A stretch of DNA of 64,000 nucleotides from an uncultured Phycisphaerales bacterium (GCA_937871915.1 CALMPG010000048.1:5421-69420); one strand, 5' to 3'; shown: positions 44,736 through 54,637, counted from the first letter of the stretch. Numbers and translations are program-made. The notes: generated from the letters alone by a model not told the origin.

Positions 44736-45974
44736 TTACAAAATCCGGCGCGATCGGGGAAAACTCCCCAGCACGTGAAGGTCGCGGGCCAGGCCGCGGG
44801 CCTGCTGGACGGCCGCGCCGAACCACGGATCGTCGATGTGTCCCTCGGCGTCGATGAAGAAAGTGTACTGCCAGTTGGACCGGCCGGAGGGCCGCTTGTC
44901 GATGTGGGAGAGGTTGATGCCGGCGCGCTGGAAGACGGAGAGCACGTTCACCAACGCACCGGGCTCGTTGGTGGTGGTGAACATGATGGCGGTCTTGTCG
45001 CCCGGGCGGCCGTCGGGGTCCTTGGGCGTGGGCAGGGCCTTCTGGCGCGAGATGACGTAGAAGCGGGTGATGTTGTTGGCCTGGTCCTCGATGTTCTCGA
45101 AGAGCACGGAGACGCCGTAGATGTCGGCGGCGAGTTTGGAGCCGATGGCCGCGAGGCCGGCCTCGGGGCCCGCGTCGGCGGCGAGTTGCACGGCGCGCGA
45201 GGAGGAGATCTCGGGAACGAGCTTGGCCTGCGGGTACTGGGTTGCCAGCCAGGCGCGGCACTGGGTGAAGACCTCGGGCTTGGAGTGGATGGACTTCACC
45301 TTGCTCGGCGGACAGTTGGCCAGCAGGGCGTGGTGCACCTCGATCTGCACCTCGGCGTAGACGTTGACGAACATCGGGGGCGAGTGGAACTCCTGGAACG
45401 CGGCCATGGTCTCGGCGATGCCGCCGCCGATGGAGTTCTCGATGGGCACGAGGCCGCAATCCACGTGGCCCCGGGCGACCTCCTCGAAGACCCCGGCGAT
45501 GGCCCGCAGGTTCTCGAAGTCCACGCTGGTGCCGAAGTGGCGCGTCGCGGCGAGATGCGAGTACGACCCGGGCGGGCCGAGATACCCCACGCGCATCGGG
45601 AGTTCGAGGCGGAACGAGCCCGACATGAGTTCGCGGTAGACGCCCTCGATCGTGCGATCGGGGAGCGGGCCCTGGTTGTGGCCGAGGACCTTGGCCAGGA
45701 CCTGCGCCTCGCGATGGGGGGCGTACACGGGCGTCCCCGAGACGCGCTTGACCTTGCCGACCTGCACGACGAGTTTGGCGCGCCGGTTGAGGAGGCTCAC
45801 GAGAGACTTGTCGATGCGGTCGATCTTCTCGCGGAGGGCTTTGAGCGGCGCGGGCTCCGGCGGCGCGGGATGGCTGGGCTTGTTGGCGTGGCCGTTGAGG
45901 GTGGCGCGCAGGCCCGGGCCGTCGTCCTTGTGGGGCTTGGGGGTGGGGCGGGGCTTGGAAGTGCGCTTGGCCAT
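44736..45974 (-). CDS. pheA: Bifunctional chorismate mutase / prephenate dehydratase (P-protein)
   Basis: CM domain 'LKALREKIDRIDKSLVSLLNRRAKLVVQVG'. PDT domain 'VGYLGPPGSYSHLAA' and 'VPIENSIGG'. ACT domain 'TAIMFTTTNEPGALVNVLSVFQRAGINLSHIDKRP'. The start is taken at ATG 45974. Confidence 0.85.
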   Translation of the reverse strand: MAKRTSKPRPTPKPHKDDGPGLRATLNGHANKPSHPAPPEPAPLKALREKIDRIDKSLVSLLNRRAKLVVQVGKVKRVSGTPVYAPHREAQVLAKVLGHNQGPLPDRTIEGVYRELMSGSFRLELPMRVGYLGPPGSYSHLAATRHFGTSVDFENLRAIAGVFEEVARGHVDCGLVPIENSIGGGIAETMAAFQEFHSPPMFVNVYAEVQIEVHHALLANCPPSKVKSIHSKPEVFTQCRAWLATQYPQAKLVPEISSSRAVQLAADAGPEAGLAAIGSKLAADIYGVSVLFENIEDQANNITRFYVISRQKALPTPKDPDGRPGDKTAIMFTTTNEPGALVNVLSVFQRAGINLSHIDKRPSGRSNWQYTFFIDAEGHIDDPWFGAAVQQARGLARDLHVLGSFPRSRRIL

Positions 45975-46190
45975 GGAAGAACGATTGTTGGGAGGGCGCG
46001 CCGCGGGCGCGGCCCCGGGCACCATCGGCGTGCAGGAACCGTTCCACGAGCATGGACCGGATTGGGGGATATGAATGGGCCCCGAGATCGCGGGGCGAGA
46101 CCGATAATTCAAAGAGCCTCTGGCGTGAGCCAGAGGTGGAGTTTTTCGGCTGTGCGGCGCCTTCACCTCTCGCTGACGCGAGAGGCTCCT

Positions 46191-48659
46191 TTAGCAACCG
46201 GCGAACCAGGCGTTGAGGAAATCGAAGATGTCCTGGACGGCCAGGCCGCCGCCGTTGAAGTCCGCGGCGGGGTTTCCGGCGAACCAGGCGTTGAGGAAGT
46301 CGAAGATGTCGTCCACGCTCAGGGAGCCGGAGTTGTTGAAGTCGGCCGCGCACGGGGCGGTGATGGTGAAGGTGAACGCCGCGGAGCCGAGGGCGACGCC
46401 GTTGCCGGATGGGAGCGCGGCCGGAGAGTTGGAGGCGAGTTCGCCGTCGAGGCGGGCGCTGTTGGCGACGGCGGAGATGGCGTCGGAGACGGCGACGTTG
46501 TAGGTTCCGGCGGCGAGGGGCGAGGCGAAGGTGAGCGTCGCCGTCATGGTGCCCGCGTTGTAGGCGAAGGTGAAGGGGATGCTCGTGGCGTTGCTGGTCA
46601 CGCCGAAGTCGGCCGCGGTCACGGCGACGGGATCGCTGAAGCCGACAGAGAGCGTGGACGGCGCGGCGAAGGACGCGACGCTCTCGCCCGGGGCGGGGGC
46701 GAGCGTGACGATCTTCGGCGGGCCCTGCACGTACGAGCCGGTGGTCTTGCCGGTGTTGAGGATCCAGTCGTCGGGATCGATGGAGACGCCACTCGCGGCC
46801 GCGGGAGAGGGGAGGGGAATGAGGAAGTCGTCGAGAGCGGAGCGATTCTGCACGATGGTGTTGATGGTGCCGGAAGAGGTTGTGGTGATCCGGACGTCAA
46901 CAGGCATGGGAAAGAGCGGGGCGGGGGAGGACTGGGTCTGGGCGATGCTCAGGCGGAGATAGGCCTGGCCGTTGATGGCGGTGTTGGTCCAGGCGTAGGT
47001 GTAGTTGGGTGCGCCGGGCTGATAGAGCCAGGGGGTGAAGAACCACGAGAGGTCCTGTCCGGCGACGGCGGAGACGATGGCGGTGAAGTCGGCGGTGGTG
47101 GCCGCGCTGCCCTGGAAGGCGGCGCGATAGGTCTGCAGGGCGTTGAAGAAGTCGGCGTCGCCGATGACGTGGCGGAGGGCGTGGAGGACCCAGGCGGGCT
47201 TGCGGTAGGAGTAGCTGCTGCTGAAGATGCGGCCGGGGCTCGAGGAGAGGCCGATGATGTCGGCGGCGGGGATGTAGACGTAGCTGTTGGACGCGGCAAG
47301 GGCGGCGTTCGTGGGCCTGTGGTTGCCCAGGTTCATGCACGAGCGCAGCGAGCCAAGGCCGGAGGAGCCGGGCTTGCGCTCTTCCCAGAGGCACTCGGAA
47401 TAGGTGGCGAATCCCTCGTTGAGCCAGATGTCGGACCAGGTCTTGCAGGTGATGTTGTCGCCCCACCACTGGTGGGCGAGCTCGTGGGCGGTGATGGACT
47501 CGTTGAACGCGCCGCCGCGCCCCTGGCCGGTGTAGGTCTGGTGCTCCTGCCCGCCGCTGAACTCGAACTGGTAGACGCCGTACTTCTCGGAGAGGAAGGG
47601 GTAGAGGCCGTAGATGGGGGCGAAGGCGTCGAGCATCGCCGGCGTCTTCTCCCAGACGGCGCGGTTGGTGGGCGTGTCGGAGGAGGGGTAGATGCTGAAC
47701 TGCACGGGCATGGTGCCCGCGCCGTAGTTGTACGGGAGCGACCACTGGTTGTACTGCGAGGTGGCGAAGAAGACGAGGTAGGACGAGAGCGGAGAGGAGC
47801 AGTGCCAGCGATAGGTCTTCCGGTTTCCCGGGAGCGTGTCCACGCCCACGAGCAGGCCGTTGGAGACGGATTGCAGGGTGTCGGCGGCGGTGATGGCGAC
47901 GTCGAGCGTGGCCTTGTCGGAGTTGTCGCCGAGGCTGTAGACGTCGCCGTCCTTGCAGGGCCACCAGGTCGCGGCGTAGTAGGGCTCGGACAGGGTGGCG
48001 ACGACGGTCGGGGCCGTGTCCACCGCGCCCTGTCCGCCCGCGAAGAAGGAGCCGAGACCGACGTTGGGGATGGCCGTGCCGGAGTAGGCGATGGAGATGG
48101 TGAACGTTTCGCCCGCGTTGATGGGGCGGGCGAAGGTGATGGTTCGGAGGTAGGAACTCACGGGGCAGGACAGGGTGGTGGGCGTGGTCGCGTAGGCGCC
48201 GACGGTGTCGGTGACGGTGCAACTCGTCACGGTGTACTGGCAGCGGAGGCCGAAGGTGAAGGTGGTGAGGTTGTTGACGTTGGACACGATCGTCATCGTG
48301 TTCGAGCCGGAGAGCTCCGCGGTGCCGTTGTTGCCGCTGGGCGTGACGCTCAGGATCTCGATGGCGAGGTTGTTGTGCAGGACGTTTGTCGGGTCGGTGG
48401 GGCCGCTCGGGCCGCGCGGGGCGAGGCCGCCGGCGGGGGAGAGTTGCGCCGGCGTGAAACCGGCGGCGATGGCGGCGTCGAAGGCGGTGGCCTTGCCGCA
48501 CCCGATGTGGGGCTCGAAGGCGAGGTGGCAGGCGTCGAAGGGGGGCGGGGGCGGCTCGAGCGGGCCGGCAGGCTGGGCCAGGGCGCAGGGCGCGAGCAGG
48601 CATCCGATAGTCGGAGCGACGAGCGTGGCGAGGGCGAAGCGCGCGAGTGTGGCGTGCAC
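46191..48659 (-). CDS. Secreted M1-family metallopeptidase (aminopeptidase N-like) with Ig-like domains and a C-terminal double dockerin-like module
   Basis: 'HELAHQWWGDNITCKTWSDIWLNEGFATY' (HExxH-x18-E). The tail 'CAADFNNSGSLSVDDIFDFLNAWFAGNPAADFNGGGLAVQDIFDFLNAWFAGC' matches that of 9817-14007. GTG 48659 gives the signal peptide 'VHATLARFALATLVAPTIGCLLAPCALA'. The ORF-track start at 48785 is a TTG. Confidence 0.85.
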   Translation of the reverse strand: MHATLARFALATLVAPTIGCLLAPCALAQPAGPLEPPPPPFDACHLAFEPHIGCGKATAFDAAIAAGFTPAQLSPAGGLAPRGPSGPTDPTNVLHNNLAIEILSVTPSGNNGTAELSGSNTMTIVSNVNNLTTFTFGLRCQYTVTSCTVTDTVGAYATTPTTLSCPVSSYLRTITFARPINAGETFTISIAYSGTAIPNVGLGSFFAGGQGAVDTAPTVVATLSEPYYAATWWPCKDGDVYSLGDNSDKATLDVAITAADTLQSVSNGLLVGVDTLPGNRKTYRWHCSSPLSSYLVFFATSQYNQWSLPYNYGAGTMPVQFSIYPSSDTPTNRAVWEKTPAMLDAFAPIYGLYPFLSEKYGVYQFEFSGGQEHQTYTGQGRGGAFNESITAHELAHQWWGDNITCKTWSDIWLNEGFATYSECLWEERKPGSSGLGSLRSCMNLGNHRPTNAALAASNSYVYIPAADIIGLSSSPGRIFSSSYSYRKPAWVLHALRHVIGDADFFNALQTYRAAFQGSAATTADFTAIVSAVAGQDLSWFFTPWLYQPGAPNYTYAWTNTAINGQAYLRLSIAQTQSSPAPLFPMPVDVRITTTSSGTINTIVQNRSALDDFLIPLPSPAAASGVSIDPDDWILNTGKTTGSYVQGPPKIVTLAPAPGESVASFAAPSTLSVGFSDPVAVTAADFGVTSNATSIPFTFAYNAGTMTATLTFASPLAAGTYNVAVSDAISAVANSARLDGELASNSPAALPSGNGVALGSAAFTFTITAPCAADFNNSGSLSVDDIFDFLNAWFAGNPAADFNGGGLAVQDIFDFLNAWFAGC

Positions 48660-48824
48660 GGAGAGTTCCTGTTGGATCCGGGTTCGCGGCCGCGCGGCCG
48701 CATCGATAACTATGCCGTCGCGACGGCGAGCGGCCACGCTTCTGTCCGCCCGGATCGGCGAATGGTTCCCGAACGACGGATGCAAGCCCGGTAACGGGTG
48801 AATTCCCTGTGCGGCGCGGCCTGC

Positions 48825-50318
48825 CTAGGCCAGGTCCATCGCCCTGAGGATCGCGTCGAGATCATCGGCGACGCGGATAGGTCGATTGGCGAGGCGGCCG
48901 CGCGCCTCGTGGCGGTGCTGCGGGCCGATGTCGGACTGGGCGGCCTTGGTGTCGATGCCGGTGTGGTAGGTGACGGTGGCATCCGGGTCCTTGAGTTGGT
49001 GTCCGGTGAGGATGCACACGACGGACTCGTCGGGGCGGATGACGCCCTCGCGGAGGAGCATGGCCGCGCCGGCGACGGACGCGCCGGAGGCGGGCTCGCA
49101 CCCCATGCCGAAGCGGCCGACGAGGGCCTTGTGCTCGAGGATGTCCTCGTCGGAGACGGAGCGGACGACGCCGTTCATGGCGTGCAGGGCGCGCAGGGCC
49201 TTGGAGAGATTGACGGGGCGGTTGATCTCGATGGCGCTGGCGATGGTGTGGGCCCGTTCGTTGGAGGCGTCCATCCGGGCGAACTCGGCGTTGACGGCGG
49301 CGCGGTCGAACGAGCCTTGCAGAGGAGCAGACGGCGTCCAGCGGATGCCGAGCTCGTTGACCACGCGGTCGAGCGTGCGTGCGCCGCGGGCGTTGATGAC
49401 GGCCAGGCGCGGCAGGCGGTCGATGGCGCCGAGTGCCCGGAGTTCGATGAAGGCCTTGGCAAAGGCGGAGCAGTTGCCGAGGTTTCCGCCGGGGACGATG
49501 ATCCAATCGGGGACGGCAAGACGCCCGGCTCGGAGAGCCGGACCACCCAGGTCGCGGAGGACGCGGTGCATGATCGTCTTCTGCCCTTCGAGGCGGAAGG
49601 GATTGACGGAGTTGAGGAGATAGACGCCGCGCGATGGATCGGCGGCGATGGCCCGGACGCGGGCGAGGCAGGCGTCGAAGTCGCCGGCGATCTGGAGGGT
49701 GGTCGCCCCGAAGTCGAGGGCCTGGCCGAGCTTGCCGAAGGCGATCTTCCCCTCGCCGATGAAGACAAAGGCCCTCAGGCCGGCGCGCCGGGCGTACATC
49801 GCCAGCGAGGCGCTGGTGTTGCCGGTGGAGGCGCAGGCGACGACCTTGGCGCCGACCATCTTCGCGTGCGTGAAGCCCGCGGCCATGCCGTTGTCCTTGA
49901 ACGAGCCGGACGGGTTCATGCCCTCGTACTGGAGGAAGAGATTGGGCGCATCGGCGGTCGTGCGGCCTCGGAAGCCGACGTGTGTGCCCAGGTCGGTCGC
50001 CCGCTGGAGGATCGTCCGGCCCTCGCCGACGGAGACGCACGCGCCGGGCGACGGGGCGAAGGGGAGAAGGTCGAAGAAGGACCAGACGCCCGAACCGTTG
50101 AGGGCGGTCTCGGGTCCGAACAGGCGGGGGATGTCGAGCGGGCGGGCCCTCCGGAGCGCGTCCCAGTCGTAGACGATATCGAGCAGGCTCTCGCCGCGCC
50201 CGGAGGCGGCACAGGTTGGGCAGGCCGTCAGGACGGAGGAGACGGGGAACTCGGCCCCGCACGCGGCGTCGATGCACTTCTGCACGGCGACGGAGGATTG
50301 GGAGGAATGGGCCGACAT
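48825..50318 (-). CDS. thrC: Threonine synthase
   Basis: '[39 protein letters not shown]' (PLP lysine context) and 'VPGGNLGN'. The N-terminus has a Cys-rich zinc-ribbon-like segment. The start is taken at ATG 50318. Confidence 0.88.
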   Translation of the reverse strand: MSAHSSQSSVAVQKCIDAACGAEFPVSSVLTACPTCAASGRGESLLDIVYDWDALRRARPLDIPRLFGPETALNGSGVWSFFDLLPFAPSPGACVSVGEGRTILQRATDLGTHVGFRGRTTADAPNLFLQYEGMNPSGSFKDNGMAAGFTHAKMVGAKVVACASTGNTSASLAMYARRAGLRAFVFIGEGKIAFGKLGQALDFGATTLQIAGDFDACLARVRAIAADPSRGVYLLNSVNPFRLEGQKTIMHRVLRDLGGPALRAGRLAVPDWIIVPGGNLGNCSAFAKAFIELRALGAIDRLPRLAVINARGARTLDRVVNELGIRWTPSAPLQGSFDRAAVNAEFARMDASNERAHTIASAIEINRPVNLSKALRALHAMNGVVRSVSDEDILEHKALVGRFGMGCEPASGASVAGAAMLLREGVIRPDESVVCILTGHQLKDPDATVTYHTGIDTKAAQSDIGPQHRHEARGRLANRPIRVADDLDAILRAMDLA

Positions 50319-50413
50319 CGTGGCATGGTATCGGCAAGAATGGGCGTTCGATTCGGCCCCATCGGCGAGGGAACCAGGTGTCGGCGAGCGTTCAGCAGAG
50401 TTCCGAGGCCTCG

Positions 50414-51298
50414 ATGCACGCGCTGCGGAAGTGGCGGGTGATCGTTGGTTTCTGGGGTGTGCAGGCGCTCTTTGTCGTAGGGTTCGGCCCGATCTGGGTG
50501 ATGCAGGCCGACACGGTGGCGGGGCCGGAGCACCCGCTGGGGGTCTGGCACGGGGACCGGATCGCAAACCTGCTCAAGGACCCGGAATACTGGGGGACGC
50601 TGCTGCTGGTCATCGGCGGATTGATGCTGCTCCAGACGGTGCTGGTGTGGCCGGTGCGCAAGCCTCGGGCCCGGAGCGGGCGGGGGGGGCCGCTGCGGCT
50701 GAGCATCGGCGCGGCCGCGCTGGTCGGGACGATGCTGGCCGCGGCGATCTTTCTCGGGCTGGCGACGATCACGCAGTTCAATCGCGATCTCGATCCGGGG
50801 TGGGACGCGAGCGTCACGCGATGGATGTTCTACGCGTGGTGCGCGCTGAGTTACGTGTGCGGCGCGGCGCTGATGTTTGGTTTCTGCTCTCGCGCTCTGC
50901 GGCGAGGGGAGCGGCACGAGAGCGTCCTGGCCCGGCTGGCGGCGATGCTCTTCACGGGGACGCTGGTGGAGGCGGTGGCGATCCTGCCCATCGACGTGAT
51001 GTTCCGGCGGAAGGAAGATTGCTATTGCTTCGCGGGAACCTTCTGGGCGTTCACGCTGCTGCTGGGGGCGGGGCTGGTAGTGATCGGGCCGGCGGTGTTG
51101 TTGCCCATGTTGATGCGGCGGCGGAAGCGGTGGTATGCCTCGCACTGCGACTGCTGCGGGTACGACATGACCGGGCTGATCGAGAGCGGCCGGGCGTTCG
51201 ATCGGTGCCCGGAGTGCGGGGCGGGATGGCGTTACGAGCCCTCCGCGCGAGCGGAGGCCGAAGATGGTCCGTCCTCCGCTCGCGCGGAGGGCTCGTAA
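50414..51298 (+). CDS. Hypothetical polytopic membrane protein with a C-terminal CxxC...CxxC zinc-ribbon-like tail
   Basis: ATG 50414 gives '[24 protein letters not shown]...'. There are about six hydrophobic helices. The tail is '[29 protein letters not shown]'. Confidence 0.5.
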   Translation: MHALRKWRVIVGFWGVQALFVVGFGPIWVMQADTVAGPEHPLGVWHGDRIANLLKDPEYWGTLLLVIGGLMLLQTVLVWPVRKPRARSGRGGPLRLSIGAAALVGTMLAAAIFLGLATITQFNRDLDPGWDASVTRWMFYAWCALSYVCGAALMFGFCSRALRRGERHESVLARLAAMLFTGTLVEAVAILPIDVMFRRKEDCYCFAGTFWAFTLLLGAGLVVIGPAVLLPMLMRRRKRWYASHCDCCGYDMTGLIESGRAFDRCPECGAGWRYEPSARAEAEDGPSSARAEGS

Positions 51299-51322
51299 GG
51301 GCGGGAAGACGTAGAGTCACGC

Positions 51323-51763
51323 ATGACCGACTGCCAGGCCTGCCGACGGATCGCGGAGAGTCGAAGCGGGAGCAACCCGTTCCTGATCGCGGAACTGCGA
51401 GAGTCGCTGGCGGTGCTGCACGATCATCAGGCGTACGAGGGGTGGTGCGTGCTGCTGCTCAAGGAGCACGTGGAACACCTGCATCTGCTCTCGGCGGCGC
51501 GCCGCGCGGCCCTCAATGAGGACATGGGGCGGGTGGCGGAGGCGATCGTGCGGGCGTTCTCGCCGCGCCGCATCAACTATGAGTGCCTGGGCAACCAGAT
51601 GCACCACGTGCATTGGCACGTGATTCCGCGATACGAGGCCCCGATCGATCCGGAGCCGAAGATGGCGATCTGGGTGCGTCCGGCGGGGGAGCTTGAGAGC
51701 GGTGTGGACCCCAAACGGCGGGTGGAATTGATTTCGCGGCTTCGTGGAGCCGGGCTGGGTTGA
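51323..51763 (+). CDS. HIT (histidine triad) family protein
   Basis: 'NQMHHVHWHVIPR' is the HxHxHxx histidine-triad motif. Confidence 0.8.
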   Translation: MTDCQACRRIAESRSGSNPFLIAELRESLAVLHDHQAYEGWCVLLLKEHVEHLHLLSAARRAALNEDMGRVAEAIVRAFSPRRINYECLGNQMHHVHWHVIPRYEAPIDPEPKMAIWVRPAGELESGVDPKRRVELISRLRGAGLG

Positions 51764-51784
51764 GCGGCGTAAAATACCGTCCCC

Positions 51785-52312
51785 ATGCCAACCACCACCA
51801 AAGCCAAGACGAAGACCCCCGGGAAGTCCGTAGCGGGCAAGACCACCAAGTCTGCCAAGGCGGATCGTTCGGTTTCCAAGGCCCCCAAGCCCGGCGCGTC
51901 GGCCACCGGGCCGCTCGCCAAGCGCCTGGGAATCCAGGGCGGGCACGTGGTCGTGCTCATCGACGCCCCGTCGTACTTCCCCGACAAGCTGGGCAAGCTG
52001 CCCGACGGCGTGGAGCTGCGGCACTCGGCCATGCGCGGGGCCGGGTTCGACCTTGCGGTGCTGTTTGTGCCGAACCAGAACACACTATCGCGCCGGTTCA
52101 GCCAGCTCGCCAAGCTCATGCGGCCCGCGGGGGCTCTGTGGGTGGCGTGGCCGAGCAAGACCTCCGGCTTCTCGTGCGACGTGTCGCTCGACGGGGCCCG
52201 GGCCGTGGCCCTCAAGGACGGGCTGGCGGACAACTCGATGCACGAGATCGACCAGTACTGGACCGGGATGCGGTTTGTCGCGAAGACGGCCGTGATCACC
52301 GAGGTCAAGTAA
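51785..52312 (+). CDS. DUF3052-like protein with a Lys/Thr/Ala-rich N-terminal tail
   Basis: 'LGIQGGHVVVLIDAP...GALWVAWPSKTSG...IDQYWTGMRFV' resembles my recollection of the DUF3052 pattern. The N-terminal 'MPTTTKAKTKTPGKSVAGKTTKSAK' is low-complexity and basic. Confidence 0.45.
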   Translation: MPTTTKAKTKTPGKSVAGKTTKSAKADRSVSKAPKPGASATGPLAKRLGIQGGHVVVLIDAPSYFPDKLGKLPDGVELRHSAMRGAGFDLAVLFVPNQNTLSRRFSQLAKLMRPAGALWVAWPSKTSGFSCDVSLDGARAVALKDGLADNSMHEIDQYWTGMRFVAKTAVITEVK

Positions 52313-52396
52313 CGCCGGCCTTCGCCGGTGCGCGGACCTCAGCCCGCGCAATGAGCAGCAATACCAGGGCACGAACGGCCGACCGTTCGTGCCTTT

Positions 52397-52663
52397 TCAT
52401 TTGGACAGTTTGCCGACGAGTTCGGCGAGGAGTTTCACATCGCGCGTCTGCAGCACGCGCTGCACGGCCTTGTCGCTCGCCGCGGTCTTGTCCAGGGCCC
52501 TCTCGACGGTTTGCCAGAGCCGCTCGGTCTTCTTCGGATCGGTGCTGAGGTAGAGCTCCGTGGCGGCCTCGGCGATCTTGGTGATCGAGATGGTGTCCAG
52601 GTGCTCGTAGTAGCGGTTGACGATCTTCTTCTGGTGGGCGGAGAGGTGCTGGCCGCGGGCCAT
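52397..52663 (-). CDS. Small hypothetical protein (88 aa)
   Basis: ATG 52663 gives 'MARGQHLSAHQKKIVNRYYEHLDTISITKIAEAATELYL...'. The composition is balanced and helical, and the codons end in G/C. Confidence 0.45.
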   Translation of the reverse strand: MARGQHLSAHQKKIVNRYYEHLDTISITKIAEAATELYLSTDPKKTERLWQTVERALDKTAASDKAVQRVLQTRDVKLLAELVGKLSK

Positions 52664-52739
52664 CGTGGTCCTTTCGGGGGCGAACAATCGAGCGGGGCAC
52701 GATAGGGGCGCGGCGGGGGGTCGTCCCGGAGGCTCGAGC

Positions 52740-53432
52740 ATGAAGCAGCGGACATTCGATGCGGTCGATCGGTACTTCGAGAAGACGCTGCTGGGGACCG
52801 ACGCTCCGTTGAGCCGAACGCTGGCGGAGAGCCGGAAGGCCGGGCTCCCGGCGATCAGCGTGTCGCCCCTTCAGGGGCGGATGCTCACGCTGCTGGCCCG
52901 GGCCCGCGGGGCGAAGCGGATTCTCGAGATCGGGACGCTGGGCGGGTACAGCACGATCTGCTTGGCCCGGGCCCTGGGGCGCGCCGGCCGGGTCACGACG
53001 CTGGAGATCAACCCGGAGTGTGCCCGGGTCGCGAGGGCGAACATCGAGCGGGCCGGGCTGGGGGCGCGGGTGGACATCCGGCTGGCGCCCGCGTTGGAGT
53101 CCCTGCGAGCGATGCACAAGAAGGGGGCGAGGTTCGATTTCGTGTTCATCGACGCGGACAAGGAGGCGTACCCGGAGTACCTCGAATGGTCGATCCGGCT
53201 GGCGGCGCCGGGGTGCGTGGTCGTTGCCGACAACGTGGTGCGCGACGGCGAGGTGGCCAGGCATTCGACGCGTGACGCCCGGGCGCGGGGCGTGCGGGAG
53301 ATGCTGCTCATCGCCGCGACGGACCCGCGCGTGGAGGCGACCGCCATCCAGACGGCTGGGGTGAAGGGGTACGACGGGTTTGCGCTGATGATCGTCAATC
53401 CTCGTCGAAGCAGCTCTCGACGAGCTTCTTGA
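52740..53432 (+). CDS. Class I SAM-dependent O-methyltransferase (caffeoyl-CoA OMT-like)
   Basis: 'RILEIGTLGGYSTICLARAL' (motif I), 'FDFVFIDADKEAYPEYLEW', 'GCVVVADNVV'. Confidence 0.8.
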   Translation: MKQRTFDAVDRYFEKTLLGTDAPLSRTLAESRKAGLPAISVSPLQGRMLTLLARARGAKRILEIGTLGGYSTICLARALGRAGRVTTLEINPECARVARANIERAGLGARVDIRLAPALESLRAMHKKGARFDFVFIDADKEAYPEYLEWSIRLAAPGCVVVADNVVRDGEVARHSTRDARARGVREMLLIAATDPRVEATAIQTAGVKGYDGFALMIVNPRRSSSRRAS

Positions 53433-53670
53433 GCGCGGCCACGGCGGCCTCGGCGTCCTCCCCCTCGGCGATGATCTCGAGCTCGGTGCCCTTGGTGGCC
53501 GCGAGCATCATCATCTGCATGATGCTCTTGCCGTCCACCTGCTGGTCGGAGCGCTTGACGGTGACGCACGACTTGAAGGGCATGGCCGCGTCCACAAAGC
53601 ACATCGCCGGCCGGGCGTGCAGCCCGAGCTTGTTGGCGATGATGACTTTGACCGACACACGGCTGGACAC
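53395..53670 (-). CDS. Phosphocarrier protein HPr/NPr
   Basis: 'NKLGLHARPA' (His15 context) and 'DGKSIMQMMML' (Ser46 context). The start is GTG at 53670 (GAGG 7 nt upstream) or GTG at 53658. Confidence 0.8.
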   Translation of the reverse strand: MSSRVSVKVIIANKLGLHARPAMCFVDAAMPFKSCVTVKRSDQQVDGKSIMQMMMLAATKGTELEIIAEGEDAEAAVAALKKLVESCFDED

Positions 53671-53753
53671 GAAGGGACCTCGAAGGTGGACGGCCGCGAG
53701 GCCGCGAGTTGGTGGGGGGTGGGGGGGTGCTGGAGTCGAAGGTGCGGGACAGA

Positions 53754-54236
53754 TCAACCACCAAACTGATGGCCGTCGGCTTCCTCGAGCAGGGTCCAGG
53801 CGTCGTCGGAGGTCTGGGCCTGGCGGAGGAAGCGGCGGAAGGTCTCCTGCGAGAGGTGCTTGAAGATGACCTCCATGGCCTGGAGGTGGTCGTCGGGCTT
53901 GTCGGCGGGGGAGAGGAGCAGGAAGACGGTGTAGACGGGCTGGTGGTCGAGGGCGTTGAAGTCGAGGCCGCCGGGGGCGAGGCCGATGGCGGCGGCGAGC
54001 TTCTTGACGCTCTTGTGCTTGACGTGGGGGACGGCGATGCCCTTGCCGAACCCGGTGGAGCCGATGCGCTCGCGCTCGAGGACGCGCGAGACCAGTTCGG
54101 CGCGCAGGGAGGCGTCGGCGGCGCCCACGGCGATGAGGGCGTCCACGAGGCGGGCGACGACGGCGTCTCGCTCCTCGGAGGGGATGTTGGCGACGATGGC
54201 GCCCTTGGACACGATCTGGGTGAGTTTCATGAACAT
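53754..54236 (-). CDS. ptsN: PTS IIA-type nitrogen-regulatory protein (PtsN/EIIA-Ntr-like)
   Basis: 'ERERIGSTGFGKGIAVPHVKH' (phosphorylatable His context) and 'VYTVFLLLSPADKPDDHLQAM'. The product is 160 aa from ATG 54236. Confidence 0.78.
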   Translation of the reverse strand: MFMKLTQIVSKGAIVANIPSEERDAVVARLVDALIAVGAADASLRAELVSRVLERERIGSTGFGKGIAVPHVKHKSVKKLAAAIGLAPGGLDFNALDHQPVYTVFLLLSPADKPDDHLQAMEVIFKHLSQETFRRFLRQAQTSDDAWTLLEEADGHQFGG

Positions 54237-54340
54237 GTCCGCGTGGGCCTCCGGACGGCGGCGTTGTGGATCGTGCGAGCGGGGCCGGCAACCGCTCGCA
54301 CCCCCCTTTCCCCCGAAGTTCCCCGGACCCCGGCGTGCGC

Positions 54341-54637
54341 TCAGGTCTTGAGCTTTTCCTTGAAGTCCCGCACCTGGCGGGCGGCCTTGTCCACGGCGGT
54401 GTCGATGGCGGCGTAGAGGTCCGGGCCGGTGGCGTTGGCGATGAAGTCCTGGTGTTTCTCGACATCGACGACGACCTCGACGTGGATCTCGCCCTTCTTG
54501 CCCTGGGGAGACTCGACAAGGACGCGGATCTGCTGGGTGCCGTCGAAGAACTTGGTGAGCTTGTCCGCCTTTTTCTGGGCGTATTCGAGGATGGCGGGCG
54601 TGATGTCGATGTGCTTGCCGACGACGTCGATGCGCAT
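54341..54637 (-). CDS. hpf: Ribosome hibernation promoting factor (short HPF/RaiA type)
   Basis: 'MRIDVVGKHIDITPAILEYAQKKADKLTKFF...DLYAAIDTAVDKAARQVRDFKEKL'. This is only the C-terminal 98 codons of ORF-track entry 54341-56068. Confidence 0.85.
   Translation of the reverse strand: MRIDVVGKHIDITPAILEYAQKKADKLTKFFDGTQQIRVLVESPQGKKGEIHVEVVVDVEKHQDFIANATGPDLYAAIDTAVDKAARQVRDFKEKLKT

Noticed and set aside
44775-48794. Plus-strand ORF of 1339 aa across pheA and the M1 peptidase gene
   Set aside because: It spans an intergenic gap between two well-supported minus-strand genes and has a Gly/Ala/Glu/Val/Arg-rich composition, so it is a shadow ORF.
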